This document shows, in pieces, positions 39,738 through 52,000 of a stretch of DNA of 63,962 bases. Each line of letters begins with the position of its first letter. Positions within the stretch are counted from its first letter, which is position 1. Location: the NCBI GenBank assembly GCA_013115125.1, contig JABANN010000131.1:1-63962 (forward strand), read 5' to 3'. The notes below the pieces were generated by a model that saw nothing but the letters and a program-made list of their open reading frames with translations, did no database searches and was not told the DNA's origin. Source of the stretch: Perkinsus olseni. Lineage: Eukaryota. Made by a program: the position numbers and the translations under genes.

Positions 39738-40445
39738 ATGGGAATATCCCTTGGTATGAACACTACAGCGGCGGACAGCTATGACCGTTGTTGCGTCTCT
39801 CACTGTTATCCTCTACTATGGAGTCGTGCTTGCTCACGACCAAACGAACAAGTATCGAGGCTTCTTATCTGTGCCGAAAGTGACACCTTTCTCGTCCTCT
39901 ATGAATTTCACGATGATAGTTTCTCTCCTATGGTGCGTGTGAGTATCAGTTTGGAGTCCAAACCTTTCGCCGGCTTGGTCGAATTCGGAATCGATATGCT
40001 GTTGACTCAACAACGAGCCATGGCGCTTAATGTTGTCGAAAATAGCGAAGACCCTCAGGTGGGAAAGTACCGTCCAAAGAAATGTCCTCGGCCGAGGTAG
40101 ATCTCCGCGGGCCAATACGAGCGGTTGAACATGACAGTGAAGCGTTTGCGGGGCAACCAGACCTCACCGACTTGCGACTATCGTTATTTGCGATACAGCG
40201 AGCCCAAACATAACCGCTGCGTTGCCTCGAACGATCATGAAGTACCAATGGTACCAAGGCAGCTGGTGTTCGAAACTCTCAAAGTTGATCAAAGTAGGGA
40301 TTACGACGTACACGGAAAATGGTCTCTCGTTTGCCTGAACTTCTCTCCAATATTGATGCCCGTCGTATTCTCGTTCCCCACGGCTTTCTCCGGGCTATTG
40401 ACTCTTCCACCGTATGGGAACTGTGCCCATGGGGTTGTTCAGTGA
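39738..40445 (+). CDS. Hypothetical protein (spliced)
   Basis: Consecutive + strand ORFs with plausible short introns. Confidence 0.3.
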
Positions 40446-41160
40446 AACTATCCCGAGATTCACTATCGACTCTAGGGCTTATTTTTACACGTTGAGGGGC
40501 CACGAGATCAATCGGGATCGGTAAATTGAAGACCCTTTATGTCTCCCTTCCTGTGGGCTCGAGTCTGTAGTCAAACGCCGGTTCCGGCTTGGTCGGACTC
40601 TCACCGATGGGGCTTTACGTGTAGATTAATATACAGCGCTGGTTGTCAGATGGTTATCAAAAGACTTTTATTCGAGCTGAGACATTTTCTTGACAGGATC
40701 CACCCGAGGTCGAAGGTCTGTGCGTCCCATCATCTCTTATCGCGAGGAACTCGATAAATGGTAGTTGTTAATGAAACGTCCATAGCAAAGGATGCAGCGG
40801 CACAAGTCTCACGTCCCGATGTGCTCGACGAACCCTGAAAAGGAGAATCACGACAACGACGGTAACGATAACAATGAGAGTAGTAACGATGATAACAATT
40901 ACAACAGAAAAGAATCAAAATAACAACGGCAACGATAATAGAAACGGAAATAACAGCAACAACAACAACAGCAACGCAATGCTCATCCAAGTCACCTCTT
41001 GCTGCAGGTCCTCCTCCTTCTGAAGGTACCACAGCCGCACCAGTTTCGTCCATTTCCATACCAGCCGCCGCCTGACTCTGAGATATTCCTGTGATACCCT
41101 CCTCCTCCATCTCGTATCTGGGCTCATCATATCCGGCATGGGTCAAGCTTGAACGTTGCC

Positions 41161-43533
41161 TTACATGTTCTTAGTCCCCTTGACGATATCGAAGAACCTC
41201 ACCTTGTTGTCATCACAACCTGAGGATGAACGCAATCGCCGGAACTCGATGGCGCCGAAAAAAGGAGGAAAACGATCGACTCCCTCAATCAGTCTTTGCG
41301 TGTGTGTCTCAAGTCCAACGACGAGAACCGGGTTAGTCAACAGACTACCACCGCCGATGTATCTTGTTTCAAGAGGGACGAGTTTTGGCAAGGTTATTGA
41401 GCACAGCAAGTAACGCACAGGCATGTATTTGTACTGATGGTCTCGAAATGGTACACGGTGATAGTGACAAGAAAGGCAATTTTTACGGTGATACAGATTG
41501 TACTCGAGAATCGCAAGAGACGACTTTCATTGACTGTCCTTTTCACCGGACACCAACACACCTGTGATGATGGTCTTGTCAACAGGAGATGCCGCAACGG
41601 CCCTCACTGGACTCGAGTGCCCACCGACCGCAGGCACGAGGACGTCACCTGATACCACACCATCCGCAACAACATCGAGATTCGAGGATGTACCAGTCAA
41701 GGAGTCAAGAAGACACATATCAGACTCTCCGATCCTTGACGAGGTCGTGGCAATGTACCTAATCAGAAGAACCTTCGCGCGCGGAATTTTTGGGCGAGTG
41801 ACGGTACTGTTCGTTTCCAGCAAACGTAGCCGTCATAAAGGAGCAATCAGTCGATGTAGTTGCGCCCGAGTAGACCATCAGCTCCTTGCCGGTCCTCATA
41901 TCCCACAGCCGCGCTCGATGGTCACCGCCGCTCGTGAGGAGGTAACGGCAATTTCGGCTCCACTGGACGGTGAAAACTGGATGTCCCGAGTGCGGTTTCA
42001 CGGTGGAGCCTCCGACACCCGGCGCACCATGCAGCTTGTTGATGAGACGATTGGAAACACCGTCCCAGAGGTGAACGTGACCTGCGTTGAGGAGTTGCAA
42101 GATTTGCAAGATTGCAAGAATCACCCACCATCACTGCCTGCCGATGCGAATACGCTACCATCACTCGCACATGCGATATCCAGCACCTAAAAAGATACTC
42201 ATCGTGAACGCACAGCGAAGATTTTCGACCTACACTGCCGTTGTGGTGCTGCCCTCCTCCTCCGCCGCCGCCAGCGCCGGCCCCTCCACCGTAGTAAGCG
42301 GAGAAGCACTGCAACGTCCTGGTGTCGTAGAGGCGTATCACTCTATGAAGGGTCCCAACATACACGAAGTCCCCACAGGGATGAACTTGGACCTTGTTAA
42401 TCGGGTAGACCTGCCAGGGACGGGTGAGCCGCAACGGTGACACCCCTGAGCTGCTCACGTCCACGACGTTGTGTTGGGCCCGCTTGTTGTGATGGGGTTT
42501 GGTGAGATCATACACCTTCAAAGTCCTACAAAGATATGCTCATGAACGACAGATAGATCGATCATGCCTACTTATCGTAGCTTCCACTGAACAGTATGGG
42601 CTGTCTCGGGTGAAATGATACGCTGGTAACAGTGCCAACGTGATCGTAGTAGGTCCTGACCACCGGTCTGAGGCCGTCGTCTCGCTCTCCCGCTCTCAAC
42701 AGGGTAGCATCGCCCCCAGCCACTGCATGCATGCGCATCTTGGCAGTCTCGAGCACCTTGATGGAGGTATCGGTCGATCCGGAAGCACAGAGTCGACCGT
42801 CCGGGCTGAACGCCACGCAACGGACTTCCTTCTTGTGTTGGGTAGTAAACCTCAGCCGTACCTACTTCGACAAGTGAGCGTCGACAAGGCACCCACCATC
42901 TCCTACCACAGGCGTCGGTCTAGTGACCCGCTTAGCCTCCTCTGTAATCATATCCTCCTCGTAAGTCTCCCCTCTCGGCGCATCATCATCCTCATCGTCA
43001 AGGTCCATCTCGTCAACATCCCTGCCTTTGAAGGGTTGATCTCTTCCCTCCGCCTCCAACTGCGCCTGTAGCCTATCATTGTAGCTAACTCTCAGATCCA
43101 GATGGTCTTCGTGGGCGGAGAGCGGCGGATACGGACGACACTTTATCGGCTTCCACTTGTCCGCTTCCGACCCCTTCTCCTGTCTTCGGATACTGTCAGC
43201 ATACACGTCATAAAGGAAGTCTTTCTCGATCGCCCCGCCGACTGTGAGATCTGTACTCGCATTAGCCCCTCCAGGGACGTTGCCGTTCTCGTTCTCCTCA
43301 TTGCTCGGCTCCACTGGTAGACTCAGGTTCAACCGCGTCGCCACGGACTTCGCTTCGTCCATCAGGCCATCGCCGTACAACTGTGATACCACATATCGGT
43401 AAAATCCCAACTTCTGTGCCTTGAAATTGAGCCCCACCTGGGGCGCTCTCTTGGCGCCCGCTGCACCCGTGGCCGTGGGACCACCGCCACCGGCCGCTGC
43501 CTGATGATGGAAGGTGGAAGAGGCAGAGGCCAT
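41161..43533 (-). CDS. CSTF1: Cleavage stimulation factor 50 kDa subunit (WD40); a further 3' exon near 41.0-41.1 kb is possible
   Basis: YRYVVSQLYGDG N-terminus, AFSPDGRLCASGSTDTSIKVL, RPVVRTYYDHVGTVTSVSFHP, YLLTSGGDHRARLWD, GCDDNKVRFF. Confidence 0.9.
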
Positions 43534-43773
43534 CGCTTCAACAACACGACCACAACAGAAGCCTCAACTGACCTGAGGAATTTACTGACACCTCTAGCTG
43601 TGGATTATCCCAGGCAACCCGACTTGGCGAACATATAGTAATTCTGATGAAACTTGCTGATTGCGGCCGAGAGGAATGATGCGACTACAGTTTAAACAAT
43701 CTTACAAAAAACGCACTATCTGCTCATCACATCACGACGACGACCAAATCGATCGCCAGGGCGCGCGCTACTC

Positions 43774-46393
43774 TCAATCGTTCAAATGTACCGCCTTGGC
43801 CTCGATATCCCTGGCTTCAGCGGTGATTTTGGGGTCCATGACAGGCATCGGACCGCGAGGGACATTGGGTCCCTTCATGTGGTAGAAAAGCATGTACGCG
43901 CTCGTGTTGGGGCGCTCCAGGCCACTCAAGAGACGGTCGACCTCCTCCTTGCTGATGTCCGTGATCTCAGAATCATTATACTCGTGCCACCTACCCCGGG
44001 TTGCCTCCGACCTCCGTCCAACTGTGATGTAATGGCCGTTCTGGATGGTCTCCCCTTTGTGGAGGATGGAGCCATAGCACTCGTACTGGGCCCCACCAAA
44101 GGACAAGTCGTCCATGTCCGGGTAAACCACCGTCTTCTCCTTTTTGAAATCACAACTTTCTATGTCGAATGAAAAACGATAAAGCACCAGTATGAGATGG
44201 GTCGGCGGTGGGCTGCTCAGTTCCACCCATCGCTTGGCGTCCCTCTTGCACCCGCAGTTCTCGCAGCTGTACTGATTGTTGCCTGTCATCAGCTCCGGCT
44301 CCGACCATGTCCTCAGAAGACCAATGACATCTAGGTTACCCTGGCCCAGGACCTCAGCTTCCCTCGGCACACTCAGGCCGATATCGGTGCAGGTCTCGGT
44401 GCGCTTCGAGATGGTATGGCAAGTTTCGCACTTTGTCTTGTGTACTAGCTCCAACGCGAAGATATCTCCCACAAGTCTCTGCTTGCATCTGAGACGAAAA
44501 AAGATTCTCCTCGTACCACACCACGACCAACTTACCCGCCCAACTTGTCCAGGATCCATCGAGCGCTTTCGGTGGTGTCCTGCTCCTCCCCAGTGCGAAA
44601 ACTCGGCGGCAGAATTTTGATGAAGTCGGAGATTTCAACGTAAGCGTACGGGGTCAGCAACATCCGCGCGAAGAGGAGACGAAGGCCGTCCAGGATCTTC
44701 TTGCCCTCCTCGAAATCATCTCCCTTCAGGTCGTCAGTTTCCTGCAGTTGGAAGCCGTAGATGGAAGAGCAGAAGGCATCGGTCAGGAACAGCATCTGCA
44801 GGAAGACCCCAAGGTAGCACCTGAGGCGGCAGGACGGTGGTGGTCATTGGTAGCGATGAAAGAGACCAAGAATACAAAAGCGAAATCACTTGTAGTGTAC
44901 TATCTTCAACATTAGATACCAATACAGACTGACTGCTTCTTCGCCCACGATGCCTGTAATTTTCCGATTCCTCCATGGCTGGTTCGCAATGCTACAAATA
45001 TCCACGACGCAGCGACCTCACCCATGACGACCTAGCTTCGACCTCGGATACTCATACTCCCACCTTCTCTAAATCATGACAAATATCCCAATATCGCTAA
45101 CCGCCCCCTGATTTCCGTTCAAAAAGATACCAACCTAACTCCCCCACCGCCCTTATTACGTGTTGTTGTAGTTTTGTATGCCTACCGTATGCTTCCTGAA
45201 TTTTACGGTTTCTCCATTAGATCCGGTCACATAAACCACGCGAGGCTTCTCTTGAGCGGCTGGCTGCTGAGGGGCCACCTGCTGCTGCTGCTGTGGCGCC
45301 GCAAAGTCCCCCACGACGGGTAGAAGGTAATTCGTCGTCGGCATCTGACCAGCCCCAGTCGGCCAAGGCCCGGCAGTGGTAGTAGAAGCTGGGGGCATCG
45401 GCATCCCCTCAGGAGGGGTAGTGCTGATCCGTGCAGCCGTCGGTGGTAGCCCTAGCATGGCAGCAGTGGTGACCTGGGCGGAGCCGTAGGCAGGTGTCAT
45501 GTCCCCAACGTAAGGTCGGATGAGGTCGATGAGCTCTTCGATCAGGGACAGAGCAAACGGTGGAAGGCCCTCGACTCTACCGGACTCCCACAGCGTTCGA
45601 AGCCTCTCATAATACGGCAGCAAACTCGCGTCGAAGATCTGTGCGACGGCGCCATGCAGTAGTATAGAGCCCTGGCCACCATGTCCTCCATTCCGGAAGG
45701 GACCAGCGGGCTTGAGGATCATCAGGAGCTGTCTTAGACCGTCCACAGCTGTGGCCGGGCCGTGCAACTTCGCCGAGAGCGTTCTCAGCATGGACTCCGT
45801 CATGACCCGCCAGTCCACGCCTCCGCTGGAAGCCGACTTGTCCGAATAACACTGCCGAATGACACAGCGGAAATAGGTCGTCACCAAGGAGTATCTAAGG
45901 TTGAAGCATGTCCATAACAAAATAGTAGAGACGAAGCTCACATCGGGTAAGGACTGCTCCAACGGTCCATGTTGACCATCCCCATAGCATACTTGGGTGG
46001 AGGCATCGCCGGTATCGATATCAACTTGACCCAGAGGGCCATCATGTCCTCCCCTCCCCCATCCGACGCCAGCAGCAAGGCCTGCACCGTCACAGCCAGC
46101 GTCTCCGGCCGCAAAAGGAGAAGACAGGCCTGCAACTGAGGGCTCGCCTTAGCCGCCATTTTGAAGTAGTCCGCCAGGAGATAGCAGTCAAAGGTAAGGG
46201 TATTTGGGAACTCCTTCTTGACCCTCATCATCAAACTAAAGGCCATCGGGGCTACTCGATTGGCAGGGTCGGGAGCGTCCATCCAGGAGAGGAGGAGGCT
46301 GAGCATCTCCTCGGGAGCCTGGGGCATGCTCGACGGGACCTCCGTCCACAGCCGTAGGAGGCCCAAGGGGGTGCGGTGGTAGGTTGTATCCAT
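43774..46393 (-). CDS. Ubiquitin-specific protease (USP/C19)
   Basis: Cys box GIQNYNNT/CYLGVFLQML, EQDTTES, YSCENCGCKRDAK, His box ILHKGETIQNGHY, SAYMLFY. Confidence 0.9.
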
Positions 46394-46490
46394 GGTAAAA
46401 ATACAAGCTTGGAGAGAATGATGGAATGGAATCTTAACTCGAAGCTTGCACAAAACAGAGATAATGATACGTACAAGTGAAGTGAGGAAG

Positions 46491-48856
46491 TTACAAGGCC
46501 GTTCCCCTCTCGAGATTAGCCTTGATCTCCTTAGTGTACCTGCAGAAAAAAAATGACCGGTGCCGGGATCGAACCTGCGCCCCAAGCCATACTTGCCGAA
46601 CTCCCTTTCGATCTTCCTATTGAAGTGCTGGTTACGAGCATTGATGTAATCAACATCCTCATCCGGATTGACCAGACGGCGTCTGAGACAAGGACCGCTC
46701 TACCATTGCCGCCAGTCCGTCGATGGCATAAGAAGAACTTTCAAATTAAGGAAGACAATAACATACTCATGAATAACTAATAACGGCAATCTGAGTGAGA
46801 GACCTTTCAGGATGCAGCGCTTTTACGATCATAATTTCTTCCCTCAACTTTCTTGGGATCAATTTTTTGAACCCTCACGAGTTTTCTTCGTTGATTCTTC
46901 TTCCGAACTTCCATGATTTATGAGTTTCTACTAGCCTACTCCCTACTTCATAATACTAGGAGAGCTTCTATCTAGTAATGATAAAACTACCTCCACCAAA
47001 ACTTTGAAACTGTCGCGAAATTCAAGAGTCCCAAAAAATCTGCAGCTCATACTCCCCCCCCCCACACCTGGAGAAGGCCCTCCGCTTGTCATCAGCTTTC
47101 TTCATGGCCTGGGCCAACCGCTCCTTGCCCTCCTCGGAAGGCTTCGCACTGACCAGATCCTCGTCATCGTAGAAGGCTTGCCCGAGAGCTTCCTTCTGCT
47201 TTTCATACCTGGCAAGGAGGGCTGGCGAAGGCTTCTATAGGGGGAGGGCCGTACTTCACTTCATTAAACTGCACATCCACAAGTTTCTTATCGTGCGCTC
47301 GATAGAGAGAATCCTGAGGTCGAGCATGCAAGATACAAAACAGGTCAACCTGAAGACCGCCTACTTCATTGAAGACCTCCCATCCAAAGGTATGATTATT
47401 GCCCTTTCGAGCCTTCTTCTCAGCCCTAGCCTCAGCCATCGATGCTTGCTCGTTGAGATACCATCGCGTGTGGTCCCAATCCTCCCCCTTCTTATACTCT
47501 GACCAACCACCACCTCCCAATTCCCAAGCACCTTCTCCAGTACTACTTCTCCGCTTCCCTCCTGTCCCCTCCGGAGCATCCTGATCTTCCCGAGGGCCCC
47601 CCTGCTGACCCTCCTTATCTTCCTTCAGCACCTCCTCTTGGTTAGCAACCCGCGCCTACCGGAAAATACAGTCACCACGCATCACACTGCCTCAAGGCTG
47701 GCCCTCTTCGCTAGTCGTCAGCGCAATAGTTTCACGATGGAAAGTCGCAAGCAATGCGGAAGATTCGATCCCAACTCACCTGGTTCATCTTCAATCTCAA
47801 CTCGAACATCCTCGCCTCCCTCTTATTCTTGAACCCAGCAGACGGCTGAATAATAACGTCCTGCTCAACCCACTCCAAGGGAAGGCGTCTCACCTTGACA
47901 GGAGTAGAAGATACTTCTTCGACCTCCGACTCGCTGCTGGCTCCAGCCTCGTCCTCATCGTCCTCCAAATCAATCGGTATGTCTTCCGCTGACTCCTCGC
48001 TTTCCGCAGCATTATCAAGCAGCTTTTTGCCTGCGATCAGCATCAGTAACCGACCCCCCTGTTGGACCTAGCCCGATGCCCCCGTACTACCCAAGGAAGC
48101 AGCAGTGGCGACCCCTTCAGCCCGGAGCTGCTTTCGGCTCTTGAATCGGCCTTGCTCGACTGCAGCTTTCCTCTCCTCTAGAGCCTCGTCCACTTCCTTT
48201 TTGCCAACCATACCACATTTCACGATAATTATATCAACGCGAGGGCGATCTTGGTCATCAGTCGGGACCTTCTCTATGGCTCTGATAACCTCCATGCCTC
48301 TAGTGACCCGTCCGAAGGGGACATGGCGGAAATCCAGCGCCCGAGACCTAGCGTACGTAACCATGTACTGCGAAGTGTTGTTGTGGCGCTTCTCTCCTTG
48401 ATAAGTGGTCGTCAAGATACCCGCCCCACTATGCTTGTTGATGGAACTACCATAAACGATATCGCCGGAGCGAACGCCCGAACCCTAGACCTACTTCTCA
48501 TCTCGGAAGGGTTTGCCGTAGACCGACAGACCACTGCTACCGTCATTAGCAACGATATCGCCTCCCTGCAGTCCCTCGCCCTTCACCGATTTGAAAATCT
48601 TCGAATTGCGGTAGGTCAGCTCAGGGCCGTATTCTCCCGTACCTACAGGATTTTCTTTACGCGATGACTATTATCCATAAGATATCCTTGCTTCGCTCCG
48701 CTAAGATTTGCCCCATTTTCCCGTCCTACATAGTCCTCTGAAGTTCTCAGCCGTCTCCGGACAGGTATCAGCGAAGAGTTCGAACTCCACCCGACCACCC
48801 GCAGCCGCGCCGATCTTCACCTCCAGAAACACGCGAGGGTTACGTCGATGCCTCAT
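46491..48856 (-). CDS. Cyclophilin-SYF2 fusion protein
   Basis: N-terminal cyclophilin (NPRVFLEV...FELFADTCPETAENFRGLC, HVPFGRV) and C-terminal SYF2 ([50 protein letters not shown]). Confidence 0.88.
46540..46592 (-). other. 53-nt spliceosomal intron containing a tRNA 3' end plus oligo-T
   Basis: gtatggcttggggc-GCAGG-TTCGATC-CCGGC-ACCGGTC-A-T8-ctgcag; removing it restores SYF2 FGK/YTKEIK. Confidence 0.85.
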
Positions 48857-48886
48857 GACGTTGTACAAGGGCGGAGAGACAAAACC

Positions 48887-48932
48887 CTGATGTCCGAACA
48901 TGGAATCGAACCCGGGACCTCCAAGTCCGCAC
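48887..48932 (-). other. Putative 46-nt 5'UTR intron with tRNA 3'-half (B-box)
   Basis: gtgcggacttGGAGGTCCCGGGTTCGATTCCATGTTCGGACATCAG, aligning to the 3' part of RPN10 intron 6650-6739. Confidence 0.55.
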
Positions 48933-49072
48933 TCGAACCCAACTGTAGCAGTAGGAAGAGGGTAAGGGGATTGGAAACAAGCACAGTTTTCAACAGTACA
49001 ACGATGATTCGGACGTATGAAGCCACTCGAGCGACTCTCTCTCAGCCACTCGGGGACGTAGTAAATAATAAT

Positions 49073-52000
49073 TCAGTTTCGCTTTCGTTTATGACCAGCA
49101 GCATGATGGTCCTTGGCATCCCCTGCAGCCAGTAGGGGTTGGCGTCTACTCATCCCCTCGTTGATCTCCTCCTTGGGTACGTCGTACATGAGCTTGAAGA
49201 GCCCTGTGCCGAGATGGACTGGGTTGCCCATGATGATGGACTCGGAGACACCGACGACCGGGTCTGGCCGATTGAACCTGGCCATCATCACCACGGTCTC
49301 CAATCGGTAGGAAATTGCAGGGAAATTCCGGCGGGTATATTCTCATAAAGGGGTACGTATAAAAACGCGGCGATTCCAAAACCGAGCTCGTTTCTTCCTG
49401 GACCAAAGATACCATCACCGAAAGACTCCCTTCACATCAAGTATGACAACTCCCGTACGTTTCAATTGGCCTGGCTGAGCTAAATACTGCGGAGATTGAC
49501 CAGAATTTCGCGCTAAGAAAAAAATTTCGCACCTTTTTTTCACGGCATGATAATAGGCAGTGAGATTCACAAGCAAGTCCATAAGTTTTCACTTCCGCAG
49601 CAAAAGAAGTTTAAGCTCGTTAATTCCGATCGACCGCTTCGACCTCAATAAAAGGGCGTATGGTCGTATTACTAGGATACGTTTTCTCAGAGTCAACCGG
49701 AGGGATCGATAGTTTTGACAGGAAGACCATCGGGCCAAACCCCAGCTTACACCGCGGCCTCGAAGAGGAAGTCCGACGTCTTCTCGAAGGAAGCAAGCAT
49801 CATAGTGGAGTTGCTCATCTTGGAGATACCAAATCGATTAATACCCAACGTCTCACCACGGTATCTGATCAAGGGAGAATGTCAACAACCAACCTACTCT
49901 CGTATCTTGCACGCTTCAACCTAAGATACCCCGTTAATATTACGTCATACAATCACCCAGCATCTGAATATGTCTGTAATCCACCGACATACCGAAGTGC
50001 TTCATAATGACATCAATCTCGGACATGATAGACTTCCTAGCCGCCTCGATGCCCAAAACTCTCTGCACCTCCAAGACGTGATTACTGACGGTCTTCTCAG
50101 CTACCACTCCCTCAATACCCATCACATCCTGCAGACCATAGCCCTCCACCAGCAGCGAGTATATAGTATCATTAGTGCCATCCTTAGCCTCTTCCTTATT
50201 TACCACCACCCTACTGCACTGCTTCAGTCCCTTCACGGAAGCTTGGGGAAGGGCATTCCTCAAGGCCTGCACTTCAAACCATAGCGTTTCCGGGTTGGGT
50301 GGGAGGGTACGGCCGCGACTGTCGACAGCTCCCGCCGGGCGGATCGCCAACTTCAGTTTTCCGCGGGACTCGATGCATTCTGGGCGGATCTTGAGCCCTC
50401 CCGGCAGCGCCCCCTTCGCGCAGAGAGCCTCCTTGAGCTCGTCCATGGTCAAGTCCAACTGCATCCTACGCAGGGTCTCACCACACAGCTTGACGATGAG
50501 GTAGACTCCCGAAGGTTCGTACACCTGAGGATGGACGAGTTGCGGAAAATTTGGTATCACCAAGCCAGTACCTGTTTAATATACTCGCAGATATCGCCAA
50601 GCACTGTCCTCTGAATCTTGCTCTTCACCATGAAGGCAGCCGCTTCCACCCGATCCTGTTCCAGCTTACCTGCAACCAAAGATACCCCTCACCGCAGCGC
50701 AAAGATTCCCTCCGCCCTACAGGAAATAATCGGCGTAGAGATGGTCTTAGCCGCGTTAATAATCTCCTTAATCCTAGGCACACCCAAAGTAACGTTCATG
50801 CTAGCAACGCCAGCAAAATGGAAGGTCTTCAGGGTCATCTGCGTCGCCGGTTCTCCGATACTCTGGGCACTCGTAGCCCCCACAGCCTCCCCAGGTTCCA
50901 TCAACGCCCTCCTGTACTTCCTCGCGCAGGTAGTCATGAAGGACCTCAACTGCGCTTCTGTCAAAGCACAGCTAAGGTCGCATAGTGTCCTCTCCCTCGC
51001 GTCGTTCGGGGACCTCTCGTCCACCGCCAGACCGACCTTCGCCCTCTCCTTCTCCATCTCGGTCGCCATATCCCCAATGAACTCCGTCAGATCCCCCGTA
51101 AACCTACTGGTGTCCAACGACGTTAGCGGACAGATGGACTTGACCTCCTGATCCACCTGCTGGATCAGTTGATTCGTCAAAGAACGATACTCCCTCGGTA
51201 AAAGAGCAACCTCATTGCTATGATGCTTCTCCACAACATGCTGGACGTGGTTCATCGTGTGCTCGAAATTCAAAGGCTTGCTCTTGCCCTCCATCATCGC
51301 CGGATTCAACCCATCATCACCGAACACGAACTGGACCACAGTGCCATCGCTCGTTCTCACCGTCATGTCGTACTTCAAACCCAGGTCCTCCAAAGCCTTG
51401 ATCAACTTCCTTTGCATGTACCCAGTCTCAGCCGTCTTCACAGCAGTATCAACCAACCCTTCTCGACCACCCATCGTATGGAAGAAGTACTCGAAGGGGT
51501 TCAACCCAGAAAAGAAGCTGTCCTCTACAAATCCTCGTGACTGCGGAGTCTTCGAAAATTTCTTGAAGTGCGGCAATGTTCTGTTCACAAAGCCGTTTTG
51601 GATCCGCTGGCCGCCCACATTCTGCTGTCCCAAGCACACAATCATCTGCGACAGGTTAATAGGGCTTCCCTTAGAGCCGCACTGCGCCATAATACGAGGT
51701 TTGTTAAACCTCGGAAGGACCTTCTCCAGCCTGTCACCCACAGAGTTTCGTATTTTTCCCAACTCGCCATTAATGACAGCCTCCAGCGTCTGCTCAGCAT
51801 CGCAGCCCGGTTTCAACGGCAACTTGCCTTGTTTGTACTCCTCTATTTTCTCTGCAACATACGCGTACTTCTCTGCCACTTGCTCTTTCTTAAAGGCCTC
51901 AATATCAGGGCTAGCAGTCACATCATCGATACCAAAGGACATCCCCCTCGTACCCAGCCACCGAGCGGACAGCTTCGACAAGCGCCCAAGGCAAGCAGCG

